DNA of 64,000 nucleotides from Candidatus Culexmicrobium cathedralense (lineage in GTDB: Archaea > Thermoproteota > Methanomethylicia > Culexarchaeales > Culexmicrobiaceae). The DNA lies in NCBI GenBank assembly GCA_025061115.1, contig JANZKC010000002.1, positions 224,001 through 288,000 on the forward strand, written 5' to 3'. The notes beneath the pieces were generated by a model, which ran no database searches, was not told the origin of the DNA, and was given only the letters and a program-made list of their open reading frames with translations. Of the stretch, positions 1 to 9,883 are shown piece after piece (positions within the stretch are counted from its first letter, which is position 1; the number at the start of each line of letters is the position of its first letter). A program made the position numbers and the translations under genes.

Positions 1-568
1 CGTCGTGGAGAGGGAGGGCATATCAGTAGCTCATCCAGCTAGATTCATTCTAATCGGAACAATGAACCCTGAGGAAGGAGAGCTTAGACCCCAACTGCTA
101 GACAGAATGGCCCTCCACGTACAAGTAAACACGATTTACGACAGGGAGCTAAGAATCGAAATAATGAAAAGAAATTTGGAATTTGAAGAAAATCCAATAA
201 AATTCAGAGAAAAATATAAGGAAGAGCAAGAAAAACTGAAAAGAAGGATAGTAGAAGCTAAGAAAATACTGACCAAAGTCAGAGTCCCAACAAACCTAAT
301 TGAGGTCATAGCTAGAATGTGCATATCACTACACGTCGATGGCCACAGGCCAGACATAATAATGCTAAAAACAGCAAAAACGCTAGCTGCATTCGAAGGC
401 AGAACAGAAGTCAAGCCAGAGGACATACTTACCTGCGCATACCTAACGCTAAGCCATAGAACTAGGAGAGGAGGACTTGAGGAGCCTGCAACTCCAAAGC
501 AGATTGAAGATGCATTTTACAGAGCTCTCGAAGAAATAGCTATTAAAGTCGAAGCTCCTCAGCAGTAA
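1..568 (+). CDS. Mg/Co chelatase ChlI-type AAA+ subunit, C-terminal part (5' end outside window)
   Basis: [33 protein letters not shown] and the DGHRPD sensor region are ChlI/BchI/CobS motifs. The protein ends without a VWA domain. Confidence 0.85.
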   Translation, partial: VVEREGISVAHPARFILIGTMNPEEGELRPQLLDRMALHVQVNTIYDRELRIEIMKRNLEFEENPIKFREKYKEEQEKLKRRIVEAKKILTKVRVPTNLIEVIARMCISLHVDGHRPDIIMLKTAKTLAAFEGRTEVKPEDILTCAYLTLSHRTRRGGLEEPATPKQIEDAFYRALEEIAIKVEAPQQ

Positions 569-1286
569 GCTCAACGCTCCTTCTAGGCTCAATTCTCTCA
601 ATAATCCCATCTCTGATCCACGCAATTCTATCACTAACGCCAAGCATTTTCAAGTCGTGAGTTGCGCAAATAACAGTCACACCACTCTCAACGCAAATTC
701 TCTTAAGTAAAGAAACGATCCTAAGTCCAGACTCCAAGTCCAAGTTAGCTGTAGGCTCATCAGCAAGAATTATCGAGGGATTATTAGCTAAAGCCCTGGC
801 AATAGCAACCCTCTGCTGCTGCCCTCCACTTAGCTGATCAGGCTTATGATAAAGCCTATCGCCCAAACCAACCTGCTCTAAAAGCCTCTTGGCCCTCTCA
901 ATCCTCTCACTTCTCGGAACACCTGCAAAGAGCATGGGAAGCATCACATTATCCAAGGCTGTAAGGGATAAAATCAAGTTGAAAGTTTGAAATATGTAGC
1001 CTACCTTAAAGCACCTGAAAATGGCCAGCTCCTCAAAGGTCATTTCAGCCAAATTTCTACCTTCAACGTAAACTTCACCTTTGGTTGGCTTGTCAAGCCC
1101 CCCAATCATGTTGAAAAGCGTTGTTTTACCGCTTCCGCTAGGCCCCATTATTGAGAGGTATTCGCCCTTAAAAACCTTCAAATTCACCCCTTTAAGGGCC
1201 TTTACAACCCAGTTCTTCATGAAGTAATACTTATGCAAATCTACAGTTTCAACAATGCACTTCACAGCTAAATCAACTCCAACCAA
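543..1286 (-). CDS. ABC transporter ATP-binding protein (LolD/MacB-like)
   Basis: Walker A GPSGSGKT, signature LSGGQQQR, ILADEPT, H-loop ATHD. Confidence 0.92.
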   Translation of the reverse strand: MVGVDLAVKCIVETVDLHKYYFMKNWVVKALKGVNLKVFKGEYLSIMGPSGSGKTTLFNMIGGLDKPTKGEVYVEGRNLAEMTFEELAIFRCFKVGYIFQTFNLILSLTALDNVMLPMLFAGVPRSERIERAKRLLEQVGLGDRLYHKPDQLSGGQQQRVAIARALANNPSIILADEPTANLDLESGLRIVSLLKRICVESGVTVICATHDLKMLGVSDRIAWIRDGIIERIEPRRSVELTAEELRL

Positions 1287-1356
1287 AAATTTACATATTA
1301 AAATTTAAGTGTAGCGAAGTAAGATAGCTTGTAAGTGTGCATGGAAGTGATAAGCC

Positions 1357-1902
1357 GTGAGAGACTTCAACCTTCTCATAGCAACCCAAAGAGGTAGGGA
1401 AGACGACTGCATGTCGGAGCTGTGGTACCTCCTAAGAGAAGTTGGAGATGAAAAAGCCCTATACGACAGAACTGGAATTCCAGGACTAGTAATCGTCAAA
1501 TCATCGCTCAACCCATTTGAAGCAATTAGAAGGCTAAGGGAAATCGCTGAGGAGAGGCCATGGGAGTTCAGGTACGTCTTGAAAGTCACGCCAATAGAGG
1601 TAGTAGTACCAACCGAGCTCGAAAGGATAAGGGAAAAAGTAAGGGAGCTTTCAAGCAAAATAGATTTAAATGAAACATTTAGAGTCACGGTCAATAAGAG
1701 AGCTACTGCGCTTAGCTCAAGAGAAGTAATTGAGGTAGCCGCATCAGTTATAGATAGAAAGGTGGACCTGAAAAATCCAGACAAAGTCGTTCAAATAGAA
1801 ATTCTAGGTGAAGTTACAGGAATATCGATTATAAAGCCATCGGACATACTTTCCATAGCTAAAATCAAGGAGGAATTCATTAGAAAGATGAGGGAAGGGT
1901 AA
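1357..1902 (+). CDS. THUMP-domain RNA-binding protein (Tan1-like)
   Basis: NFLD-like N-terminus plus THUMP motif (TFRVTVNKR...KVDLKNPDKVVQIEILG). Confidence 0.8.
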   Translation: MRDFNLLIATQRGREDDCMSELWYLLREVGDEKALYDRTGIPGLVIVKSSLNPFEAIRRLREIAEERPWEFRYVLKVTPIEVVVPTELERIREKVRELSSKIDLNETFRVTVNKRATALSSREVIEVAASVIDRKVDLKNPDKVVQIEILGEVTGISIIKPSDILSIAKIKEEFIRKMREG

Positions 1903-1909
1903 GGCTGAG

Positions 1910-2524
1910 CTACTTCAACACTTCAAGAAGAGCTCCACGCTCAATTACTATGCGCTCAATAGCTTCACGCAAGTCAATTCCACTTCTAACCACTGCGTCC
2001 AGCTCAACATTACTAACGTCGAAAATCCTTCTAAGAACGTTCACCTTCTCATCACTTCTAATTTCCAATGCAGAGTTATCAATTACTCCGCCAACGGAAT
2101 CTACAAAAAAGCGAACAGCTGAAATGGCAGGTCCGGAATCCTTAGAAGCGCAAATGACTGCAAGTTCAGTTGAATCACTCTTAACTCCAACGGCTTCAAT
2201 AGCATCCCTAATCTGCCTCCTCCCAGAAATGTAGAGAATGATTTCAACTTCAACTCTATCGCAAACATTTCTACCCTCCGCAAAAGCTCTCAAAGCTCTA
2301 AGAGCAGCTGAAGCTGCATGCCTCCAAGAAGCTATGCAGTTAGCATCAACCACCTGTAGCACAACTCCAAACTTATCCCTACAGCTCTTAGCTACTTCAA
2401 GGATACTTTGAACATCCCGTTTTCCTTGCAGAGCAACTCCAGCTAAGCATATAAACTTCTTTTCAAGCTCCTCAACCGCAACTAGAATTGGCTTATTCAA
2501 CTTCCAATTCAGCACCAGAATCAC
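1910..2524 (-). CDS. cgi121: KEOPS complex subunit Cgi121
   Basis: VQVVDA..IASWRH...EIILYISGRRQIRDAIEAVGVK and C-terminal IERGALL are typical of Cgi121. Start codon uncertain. Confidence 0.8.
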   Translation of the reverse strand: MILVLNWKLNKPILVAVEELEKKFICLAGVALQGKRDVQSILEVAKSCRDKFGVVLQVVDANCIASWRHAASAALRALRAFAEGRNVCDRVEVEIILYISGRRQIRDAIEAVGVKSDSTELAVICASKDSGPAISAVRFFVDSVGGVIDNSALEIRSDEKVNVLRRIFDVSNVELDAVVRSGIDLREAIERIVIERGALLEVLK

Positions 2525-3125
2525 TGTCCTCTTTAAATATCAATGGGAAAAATTCTTCCACAAATTCCCTCCTAACTCCAACTTCAATAAGCTTAGTTCT
2601 TATTTCCTCAGCTTGCAACCCATCTTCAAGCCACTTATGAGCTAGGCTTTTAATGGTTTCATAGGGCTCCCACGGATATATTATCCAAGCATCGGTCTTG
2701 CTTACGTAGTAGTCTGGGACAAAGGTCGTCCAAGGCTTAACGTGAATCGTAGCAACCCTAATTTCATCTGCACCCTCATCAATTAAATGCTTAACAGCAG
2801 CAGTCAAACTACTTCCAGTATCTGAAACATCATCGGCTATGAGAACCTTCTTCCCTCTAACACTGGTTGAAACTGGCTGTGTAACCACTGGACTTCTAGA
2901 AGTCTCTGCAATTCCCTTGTAAAATTCAATTCTTAAACTCGCAATATCAGGAATGTCAAGAAGATCCGACAGCAGCCTAGCAACTATCCAACCGCCTCTA
3001 GCAATTCCAACAATTATCTCCGGATTAAACCCACTTTCCCTTATAACCTTAGCTAACTTAAGAACTTGAAGGTGAATTTCATCCCATGATGGAGCTATGA
3101 AACTCAGCCTATCCAACGCTGGCAC
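2493..3125 (-). CDS. Purine phosphoribosyltransferase (HGXPRT-like)
   Basis: IARGG, PRPP-binding VLIADDVSDTGSSL, WIIYPWE. Confidence 0.88.
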   Translation of the reverse strand: MPALDRLSFIAPSWDEIHLQVLKLAKVIRESGFNPEIIVGIARGGWIVARLLSDLLDIPDIASLRIEFYKGIAETSRSPVVTQPVSTSVRGKKVLIADDVSDTGSSLTAAVKHLIDEGADEIRVATIHVKPWTTFVPDYYVSKTDAWIIYPWEPYETIKSLAHKWLEDGLQAEEIRTKLIEVGVRREFVEEFFPLIFKEDSDSGAELEVE

Positions 3126-3136
3126 CAGCTTTAAAG

Positions 3137-3754
3137 CTAATTTGCAGCAGTATTTTTAGATGTTTCTATAGCTCTAAATCCTAACTCGAAAGCTCTTAAA
3201 TTCTCTTCTAGAAATCTGCTTGGAATAACCTCTTCAACCGCACTTAACATCAACTGTCGGTCAATGAGCTCCCTAAACACCGAAGTGAAAGCTCCAAGCA
3301 TTGCTATGTTAATTGAAGCTGGAAGCCCCACCTTAGAAGCTATGGAGCTCGCATCAACAACTTCAACTTCCCCAGCAACTTTCTTAAGTACATTCAACAC
3401 TTCACTGAAGCCCGGCATGCGCTCAACTCCAAGCAGAACTGAAACTGGAAGTATGGCTTTGGGGTTGACGATCACCCTAGAACTTCTCGACAAAAATTGA
3501 AGTGCCCTTAAAGCTTCAATGTAATCTAAAGCTATTAATGCATGGGCTCGCCCAGCTTCAACTAATGGGCTCTCAACATCCGAACCGAACCGAACGTAGC
3601 TTTGAACAACCCCGCCTCTCTGAGACATCCCCAAAGTCTCTCCAACCCTGACCTTGTACCCTGCTTTCAGGGCCCACAAAGCAATTACCCTAGACAGGGT
3701 TAGAATTCCTTGACCTCCAACTCCAACAATAACTAGATTGAACTCCTCCACCAA
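3137..3754 (-). CDS. iorB: Indolepyruvate:ferredoxin oxidoreductase beta subunit
   Basis: GVGGQG, ETLGMSQRGGVV; directly downstream of iorA. Confidence 0.9.
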   Translation of the reverse strand: MVEEFNLVIVGVGGQGILTLSRVIALWALKAGYKVRVGETLGMSQRGGVVQSYVRFGSDVESPLVEAGRAHALIALDYIEALRALQFLSRSSRVIVNPKAILPVSVLLGVERMPGFSEVLNVLKKVAGEVEVVDASSIASKVGLPASINIAMLGAFTSVFRELIDRQLMLSAVEEVIPSRFLEENLRAFELGFRAIETSKNTAAN

Positions 3755-3755
3755 A

Positions 3756-5609
3756 TCACTTCACCCCAATGGCATTAACGGGGCAAACCTGAGCACACAC
3801 TCCACAGCCAATGCATAAAGACTCATCGATAACTGGACCAGCAAACTCATCCCACAAAAGCGCTGGACAACCTAAACTTGAAATACAGCTCCTACACTTA
3901 ACGCACTTCTCCCTATTAATCGCAATGACGTGAAGCTTGCCAATGCGTCTCTTAGCTAGAAGTGCGCACTCCCTCCTAGCAACTACGACTTGAACGCCAT
4001 CAAAGCTGCTTAAGACCTTCTTGAAAACATCAACAGTGCGACGCACATCATACGGGTCCACAGCATAAACATGCTTAATGCCAATACCCCTAACTAAGTC
4101 AACTATGTCGACTTCCGTTGCAGATGACCCGTCAGCTCTAACGTTAATTCCAGGATGCGGCTGATGGCCGGTCATGGCCGTAGTTCTATTATCAAGGATA
4201 ACGACGACGATGTTCACGCCAAAGTGAACTGCATCAATCAATGCAGGTATGCCTGCATGAAAGAATGTTGAGTCGCCTATCGTTGCAACTACAGGCTTAT
4301 CGTAGCCAGCGTACTTTAAACCTAAAGCCATAGATATGCTAGCACCCATGCAGTGCTCAGTCCATATGGCTTCAAGAGGCTTTTGGAGACTTAATGCATA
4401 GCAGCCAATATCTCCAAATATCGGAATGTCCTCCCGCTTATAGCCCAGATCCTTAATTGCCTTTAACAAGGCATAGTAAGTTGCTCTGTGAGGGCATCCA
4501 GGGCACATTGGTGGAGGTCTAGATGGCACATCAAATTCTCGAAGTGGCTTTGGCGGCTCATAAGCTAAGCCCATGAAAGATGCAATCGCGCTCTTAACAA
4601 CTTCAGGCTTAAGCTCACCCTCCCTAGGAATTAACCCATTAAACTTGCCTAGAATCACAGGTGGATTTTCAACCAAGGTTGACAGAGCCCTCAATCGAAC
4701 TTCAATAAATGGCTCTAGCTCCTCAACTACTAGGATCTTCTCACAGCCCTTCAGCGCAGAATCCACAATGCTTTTGGGAAATGGATTCAGCATTCCCAGC
4801 TTGAAAATCCTCACTCCACTGATATTCAAGCTGTGAACAGCTTCAACTACATATGCGTATGAGATGCCCGAAGCAATTATGGCCAATCTCCCTTCGCCTT
4901 CAACCCTATTTAATGGGCACTCCTCAGCACATAACTCCGCCAGCTTCATCCTCCCATTAAGCCACTTATGCCTATTCAAATTCCACTTCATCGAAGCTCT
5001 AACGTACCTAGGCAAATCTCGGGGAAACCTAATTTCTCGGCTAACTTCCCGAACCACCCCTAAAAGCACATCACCAGTAGTATGGTTAACACGAGTAGTA
5101 GTCCTAAATAATACTGGAAGCTTAAGCTTCTCAGACAACTCAAAAGACCAAACAATGCCATCCTTAGCTTCCTGCGGATTAGAAGGCTCAACCATCGGAA
5201 GATTAGTTAATAGGGCGTAGAACCTACTATCCTGTTCAGTTTGAGTTGTATGGGGGCCAGGATCATCCGCAACTAAAATCACCATTCCACCATTAACGCC
5301 GCAGTAAGCTGCCGACATTAAAGCGTCAGCTGCAACATTAATTCCGGGAGCCTTCATAGTGACAAGAGACCTCAATCCAGCATTTGAAGCTGCAAGAGCC
5401 ACTTCAAACGCAACCTTCTCGTTAGCAAACCAGTCAACCTTAATCTTCAAGTGCCTCGCTACCCTAGCAAGCGACATAATTACTTCAGATGAAGGAGTTC
5501 CCGGATAGCCAGTAACTACGTGGACGCCGGCTTCAATAGCACCTCTAGCGATAGCCTCATTACCCATTAATAAGACTCGCGAGCCAGGCTTGCCCAGAAG
5601 CCTATCCAT
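3756..5609 (-). CDS. iorA: Indolepyruvate:ferredoxin oxidoreductase alpha subunit
   Basis: GNEAIARGA, YPGTPSSE, CPGCPH, DIGCY, TPP-binding GDSTFFHAG...DN, C-terminal 2x[4Fe-4S] ferredoxin. ATG 5609 chosen as likely start. Confidence 0.93.
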   Translation of the reverse strand: MDRLLGKPGSRVLLMGNEAIARGAIEAGVHVVTGYPGTPSSEVIMSLARVARHLKIKVDWFANEKVAFEVALAASNAGLRSLVTMKAPGINVAADALMSAAYCGVNGGMVILVADDPGPHTTQTEQDSRFYALLTNLPMVEPSNPQEAKDGIVWSFELSEKLKLPVLFRTTTRVNHTTGDVLLGVVREVSREIRFPRDLPRYVRASMKWNLNRHKWLNGRMKLAELCAEECPLNRVEGEGRLAIIASGISYAYVVEAVHSLNISGVRIFKLGMLNPFPKSIVDSALKGCEKILVVEELEPFIEVRLRALSTLVENPPVILGKFNGLIPREGELKPEVVKSAIASFMGLAYEPPKPLREFDVPSRPPPMCPGCPHRATYYALLKAIKDLGYKREDIPIFGDIGCYALSLQKPLEAIWTEHCMGASISMALGLKYAGYDKPVVATIGDSTFFHAGIPALIDAVHFGVNIVVVILDNRTTAMTGHQPHPGINVRADGSSATEVDIVDLVRGIGIKHVYAVDPYDVRRTVDVFKKVLSSFDGVQVVVARRECALLAKRRIGKLHVIAINREKCVKCRSCISSLGCPALLWDEFAGPVIDESLCIGCGVCAQVCPVNAIGVK

Positions 5610-7005
5610 GAAAACGCCTCCCAAATTTCCTCCCAAATTTTATTCTACCATAATCTACTAAAACTTTCATGGCCTCAGCAGCACCACGAGGAGATGAAAC
5701 GTTAGGTACTTGATTACCCTCAAGAAGTTTAACTCCCTCCTCAACAACATCGCCGTAAAGGAAAGAGGCGATAATAGGCTTATCAGGATAAAACCTCCTT
5801 GCATCGATAACAGCTCTAGCAGCCAATGTCGAATCCATGAAGCTTGGAGGAACACAGATTACAATTACTCCATCAAATTCCCTTGAGCTTAAGAGGATTT
5901 TAAGAGATTCAAAGTACCAATCATAGCTCGCATTAGCCGTCAAGTCTATTGGATTTCTAACGCTGCAAATAGGTGGAAGAATCGACATTAACTTCGACTT
6001 CAACTCACTTGAAGGCTCAGGAACCTTTAACCCCAAGCTTTCACAAGCATCAGTCGTTAAAACTCCAGGACCACCGGAGTTGGTTAAAATCGCAACCCTA
6101 TCTCCGCGAGCTGGAGGCTGAGTAGACAGAGCTTTAGCAGAGTTAAAAAGATCTTCAAGAAACTCTACTTGAATTATTCCAGCTTGCCTAAAAGCTCCAG
6201 CATAAACAGCATAAGAAGAAGCGAGAGAGCCGGTATGAGAAGAAGCAGCTCTAATTCCAGCATTGCTCCTTCCACCCTTCAAAGCTATGACGGGCTTTAT
6301 CAAAGAAGCCTCCCTAGCCACCTCTATGAGATGCCTCCCACGCTTAACACTCTCCATATATAGCGCAATCACCTTAGTGCCTTCATCCCCAGCCAAGTAG
6401 GCTAAAACTTCAGACTCATCAACATCAGCTGAATTCCCACAGCTAATGAACTTGCTAAATCCTATCCTACTAGCCCTAGCATATGCAAAAAGAACTCCTC
6501 CAATAGCTCCACTTTGAGAAATTAGTGATATTGGACCTGACTTAACCCTGAACTCTAGGCAGGCGTAGAGGTTTAAGCTGGTATTAACAACTCCAGCACT
6601 ATTTGGTCCAATAATCCTAACGCCATAAGACTTAGCTATGGATATAAGCCTTCTCTCCAAATCATAATTTCCAACTTCACTAAAACCGGCAGAAATAATC
6701 ACAGCTCCCTTAACACCCTTTACTCCACACTCCTCCACAACCTTAAGCGCTGCTTGAGCAGGCGTTGTCACAACTGCAAGCTCAGGAGTTTTAGGAAGCT
6801 TCAACACGGATTGATAGACTTTTAAGCCGAGAATTTCTCCGCCTTTAGGGTTTACAGGATAAACATCACCCTCAAATCCTCCCTCAATAATGTTCTTGAG
6901 AACTTCATATCCTATTTTCCCCGGCCGACTTGAAGCTCCAATAACAGCCACTGCACTGGGTTCAAGCATCTCCCTAATTTTTGGATCAAAAATCAGCCTT
7001 ACCAC
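5602..7005 (-). CDS. acdA: Acyl-CoA synthetase (ADP-forming) alpha subunit
   Basis: CoA-binding domain VAVIGAS, GPNS, SQSG, phospho-His motif SHTGSLA, NPIDL. Confidence 0.88.
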   Translation of the reverse strand: MVRLIFDPKIREMLEPSAVAVIGASSRPGKIGYEVLKNIIEGGFEGDVYPVNPKGGEILGLKVYQSVLKLPKTPELAVVTTPAQAALKVVEECGVKGVKGAVIISAGFSEVGNYDLERRLISIAKSYGVRIIGPNSAGVVNTSLNLYACLEFRVKSGPISLISQSGAIGGVLFAYARASRIGFSKFISCGNSADVDESEVLAYLAGDEGTKVIALYMESVKRGRHLIEVAREASLIKPVIALKGGRSNAGIRAASSHTGSLASSYAVYAGAFRQAGIIQVEFLEDLFNSAKALSTQPPARGDRVAILTNSGGPGVLTTDACESLGLKVPEPSSELKSKLMSILPPICSVRNPIDLTANASYDWYFESLKILLSSREFDGVIVICVPPSFMDSTLAARAVIDARRFYPDKPIIASFLYGDVVEEGVKLLEGNQVPNVSSPRGAAEAMKVLVDYGRIKFGRKFGRRFHG

Positions 7006-7025
7006 CCCTATAAAAACCCTAAGCT

Positions 7026-7325
7026 TTAAGCTCCACCATGAACCGTCGGCAGCAATATCAAGGTGTCTCCATTTTTAAGTTTAGTCTCAAGCCCATCTAG
7101 AGCTCCAATCTCAGCGCCATTAACTAGTACAAGCACATCTGGCTGAACTTCAGTCGAGTTAGGCTTAAACAGCCTCTCCTTCACTCGATCATCAATCAGC
7201 TCTCCCAACCTAGCTAAAGCCTTTCTCACAGTAACTTCATCTTCGGATGGAAAGGTTAAGTCGATCGAATCCCTACCCAGAAGACCCCTTAATGTCGCTA
7301 GCATTTTGACTTCAATTGAAATCAC
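7026..7325 (-). CDS. MoaD/SAMP ubiquitin-like sulfur carrier
   Basis: Beta-grasp pattern VLVLVNG...LKNGDTLILLPTVHGG followed by one extra Ala. Confidence 0.85.
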   Translation of the reverse strand: MISIEVKMLATLRGLLGRDSIDLTFPSEDEVTVRKALARLGELIDDRVKERLFKPNSTEVQPDVLVLVNGAEIGALDGLETKLKNGDTLILLPTVHGGA

Positions 7326-8188
7326 GCTGATACCCCCTCAAAGACGCATATGTACTCTTCATAGCGCCTCCCCATAAATACTTGCGGTGGAAGTAATTTT
7401 CGTTTCCTACCTTTCAGCGAATCAATAAAAATCCTATTTGCTTCAACAGCATCCTCGCACTTCAAAAGAGAAAGAGGAACATTCACTGAAAGGGGCCTAA
7501 GTGGAATGACATGTCGAGTAGACTTGTGAGGAAGCACCTTACCACTAAGCGCAAGCTCAACAACCTTCTCCTTGGAAATGCAGGGAATGCAGATAACTGC
7601 ACTACATGCCCCTGACTTCAAAAGATTCATGGCATCAAATTCAGTTTCATAGCTTACTTTGAAGCCTTCACGCTTCAAAATCTCCTCAAGCCGTTTAACC
7701 TCAAAGAGCATCTCGTATAAGCTCTGAGACCTCGATCCCAGCGCAAACACCCTACCCCTAAAAATCAATAGTGGAACGCGATTCTTGTGAGCATCCAAGT
7801 CAATTGATGAAACTTCAAAGCAGTCAAGCCTCTTAACCAACGAAGCCAGCTTAACTTCATCTCCCTCAATAGCCCTCCACCAAGACTGCACGAGAACTCT
7901 AGGATCACCATAATCAACTAGGCAAGTTGCAATTAATCGGCAGCCAAGCCTCTTCAACGCTTCAACCCTATGCATGCCATCCAAAACAACCAGAGATTTT
8001 TCATCAACTATGACTGGATCCCTAAGGAGGCCCTCTCTACTCATCTTCCTCATGAGAGATTTCAGGGAACTAGGAATTATTTCCTCATGAATGTGGAGGT
8101 CGCTTAGGAATTCAAGCTTCAACTTGACCCTAAAGCCCCTGTGCTGTAGCTCCAGCACCCTCGATGACACGTAAAATACACCTCGCAT
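7322..8188 (-). CDS. ParB/Srx-domain protein, probable free serine kinase (SerK/SbnI-like)
   Basis: LHIHEE, PVIVD, LDGMHRVEAL, LVDY, W-W and KSTRH motifs match the SerK family layout. Confidence 0.65.
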   Translation of the reverse strand: MRGVFYVSSRVLELQHRGFRVKLKLEFLSDLHIHEEIIPSSLKSLMRKMSREGLLRDPVIVDEKSLVVLDGMHRVEALKRLGCRLIATCLVDYGDPRVLVQSWWRAIEGDEVKLASLVKRLDCFEVSSIDLDAHKNRVPLLIFRGRVFALGSRSQSLYEMLFEVKRLEEILKREGFKVSYETEFDAMNLLKSGACSAVICIPCISKEKVVELALSGKVLPHKSTRHVIPLRPLSVNVPLSLLKCEDAVEANRIFIDSLKGRKRKLLPPQVFMGRRYEEYICVFEGVSA

Positions 8189-8189
8189 C

Positions 8190-8250
8190 AGGTCAGTGGA
8201 GGCGCATCACCTCACAGCGCCACTCGGCGCAGATCAATATCATCATCCCT
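8190..8250 (-). ncRNA. Box C/D sRNA candidate
   Basis: Minus strand: AGGG-ATGATGA (C box)...CCGA (D')...CTGA (D box)-CCT, about 60 nt, intergenic, with TTTAAA just upstream. Confidence 0.7.
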
Positions 8251-8281
8251 AAGCTTATTTATTTTAAACTCACTTAAAAGC

Positions 8282-9448
8282 ATGGGGCCAACAGTGAACA
8301 TTAAAGACCTGCCGCTCATGAAGATTATGGCTAAAGCTAATCTTGAAAGAAAACTATCATCAGCTTCAATTAGCAAAGCCAAGTCGGACTTCCACGCCAA
8401 AAGAAAGCCCAGACCATGCGGACTAACCATCCACTCGGCAATAGGATGCCCCAACAGCTGCCTCTACTGCTACATCCAAGATATGGGATTCGACTTCGCA
8501 GAAGCTAAGCCTTATGGGCTAACAGGAGACGAATTGCTATACGCGCTCCTCACAAACCCATACTTCATCCCAAGCAGGTGGGGAACATTTCTTGCTTTTG
8601 GAAGCATAGCAGACCCATTTAATGTTGCAGCAACCAACAAGACGATAGAGTATCTAAATACAATCAGCATACTAGGCAACCCCTGCCAATTCTCAACTAA
8701 AGCCCACATCGATGAGGGCCTAGCCCTAAAGCTTTCAAGCATCAACACTCCAATCAGCCCACTAGTGACTATAGTTACAATTGAAAAAGCAAGAATACTT
8801 GAGCCGCTAGCGCCCTCAATTGAAGAAAGACTTGAAACAATTAGAAACTTGAAAGAAAAGAAACTCAAGCCAATGCTATTCCTCAGACCAATAATACCGG
8901 GAGTAACCGACAACGAGCTCAGCAACATACTCAAGGCTGCAAAAAAGGCCGGAGCAGTTGGAGTGGTTGTGGGAGGATTAAGGATAACTAGGAGAATAAT
9001 TGAAAGACTGAGAAGCGCCAAAGTGGATGTAAAGCCAATACTTGAAAGAGCTCCAAAGGTCAAGTTGACTGAAGCGCAAATCCAAATAAGAAGCGCAGAC
9101 TTAAAAAGGAAAGCCATGACTGAAGCGAGGAAAATCGGGTTAATACCATTTTCCTCAGCATGCTGCGCAACAGCCTACGTAGCTGGCGTTCCATGCATAA
9201 ATCTATGCTGGCTTAAAGGAAGCTGCACAAAATGCCCCAATAATTGTCCAAGCAAAGTTCCTGAAATGAGTGAAAAGGACGTAAGTGAAGTTTTCAGAGC
9301 TATGGCTAAAGAGAAGGCATTAAGCGTGGAGGTTTCCCCAAGCATGGTGAAGATCGAAACGAGCAAAAAGCTGAGCAGGAGAAGCAAGGACGCTCTGAAG
9401 TATGCATTAAAAGTAATTCTAAGGAGAAAAGTCTTAATTAAACCATGA
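8282..9448 (+). CDS. Radical SAM protein (SplB-like family) with Cys-rich C-terminal region
   Basis: CPNSCLYC motif, DPF, STK, RPIIPGVTD; C-terminal CC...CxxxCW...CxxCxxxC. Confidence 0.85.
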   Translation: MGPTVNIKDLPLMKIMAKANLERKLSSASISKAKSDFHAKRKPRPCGLTIHSAIGCPNSCLYCYIQDMGFDFAEAKPYGLTGDELLYALLTNPYFIPSRWGTFLAFGSIADPFNVAATNKTIEYLNTISILGNPCQFSTKAHIDEGLALKLSSINTPISPLVTIVTIEKARILEPLAPSIEERLETIRNLKEKKLKPMLFLRPIIPGVTDNELSNILKAAKKAGAVGVVVGGLRITRRIIERLRSAKVDVKPILERAPKVKLTEAQIQIRSADLKRKAMTEARKIGLIPFSSACCATAYVAGVPCINLCWLKGSCTKCPNNCPSKVPEMSEKDVSEVFRAMAKEKALSVEVSPSMVKIETSKKLSRRSKDALKYALKVILRRKVLIKP

Positions 9449-9527
9449 GGCTAAAGCTTCAATAACACGTAAGCTCAAATCAATAGCTCCGAGTCATCTT
9501 AACGAAATTCAAGCTAAACTTATACTG

Positions 9528-9791
9528 CTATTCCTCCTCAGCTTCCACTGCCTCTTCTACTTCCGGAACTTCCTCCACGGAACTTCTAAGCTTAACTAAG
9601 CGAGTAATGTAGCCAGCAACCCTATTCCTAAAGCGCTTAGAGGTAATGTCGGTTAGCTCAGCAACAAGCTTCTTATTGGTCTCAAAATCTGCTGTAAACT
9701 TATCTGGATACTTTGCTAGCAGCTCTCTAGCTAACCTCTTAACCATTGCAGGGCGCACCTTACCCAAGCTCACACCCCAGCGGCTTAACAA
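9528..9791 (-). CDS. rps17e: 30S ribosomal protein S17e
   Basis: GKVRP..VKRLA..., [22 protein letters not shown]. True start is probably the downstream TTG. Confidence 0.95.
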   Translation of the reverse strand: MLSRWGVSLGKVRPAMVKRLARELLAKYPDKFTADFETNKKLVAELTDITSKRFRNRVAGYITRLVKLRSSVEEVPEVEEAVEAEEE

Positions 9792-9883
9792 ATTAAATTA
9801 CAGACTTTTAAAGATGTCTCCAGCTAAGCATAGCGAAATCTCTTTAACGAAGAAAAGATAAATAGTATGCGGGTGGCTGCAAA

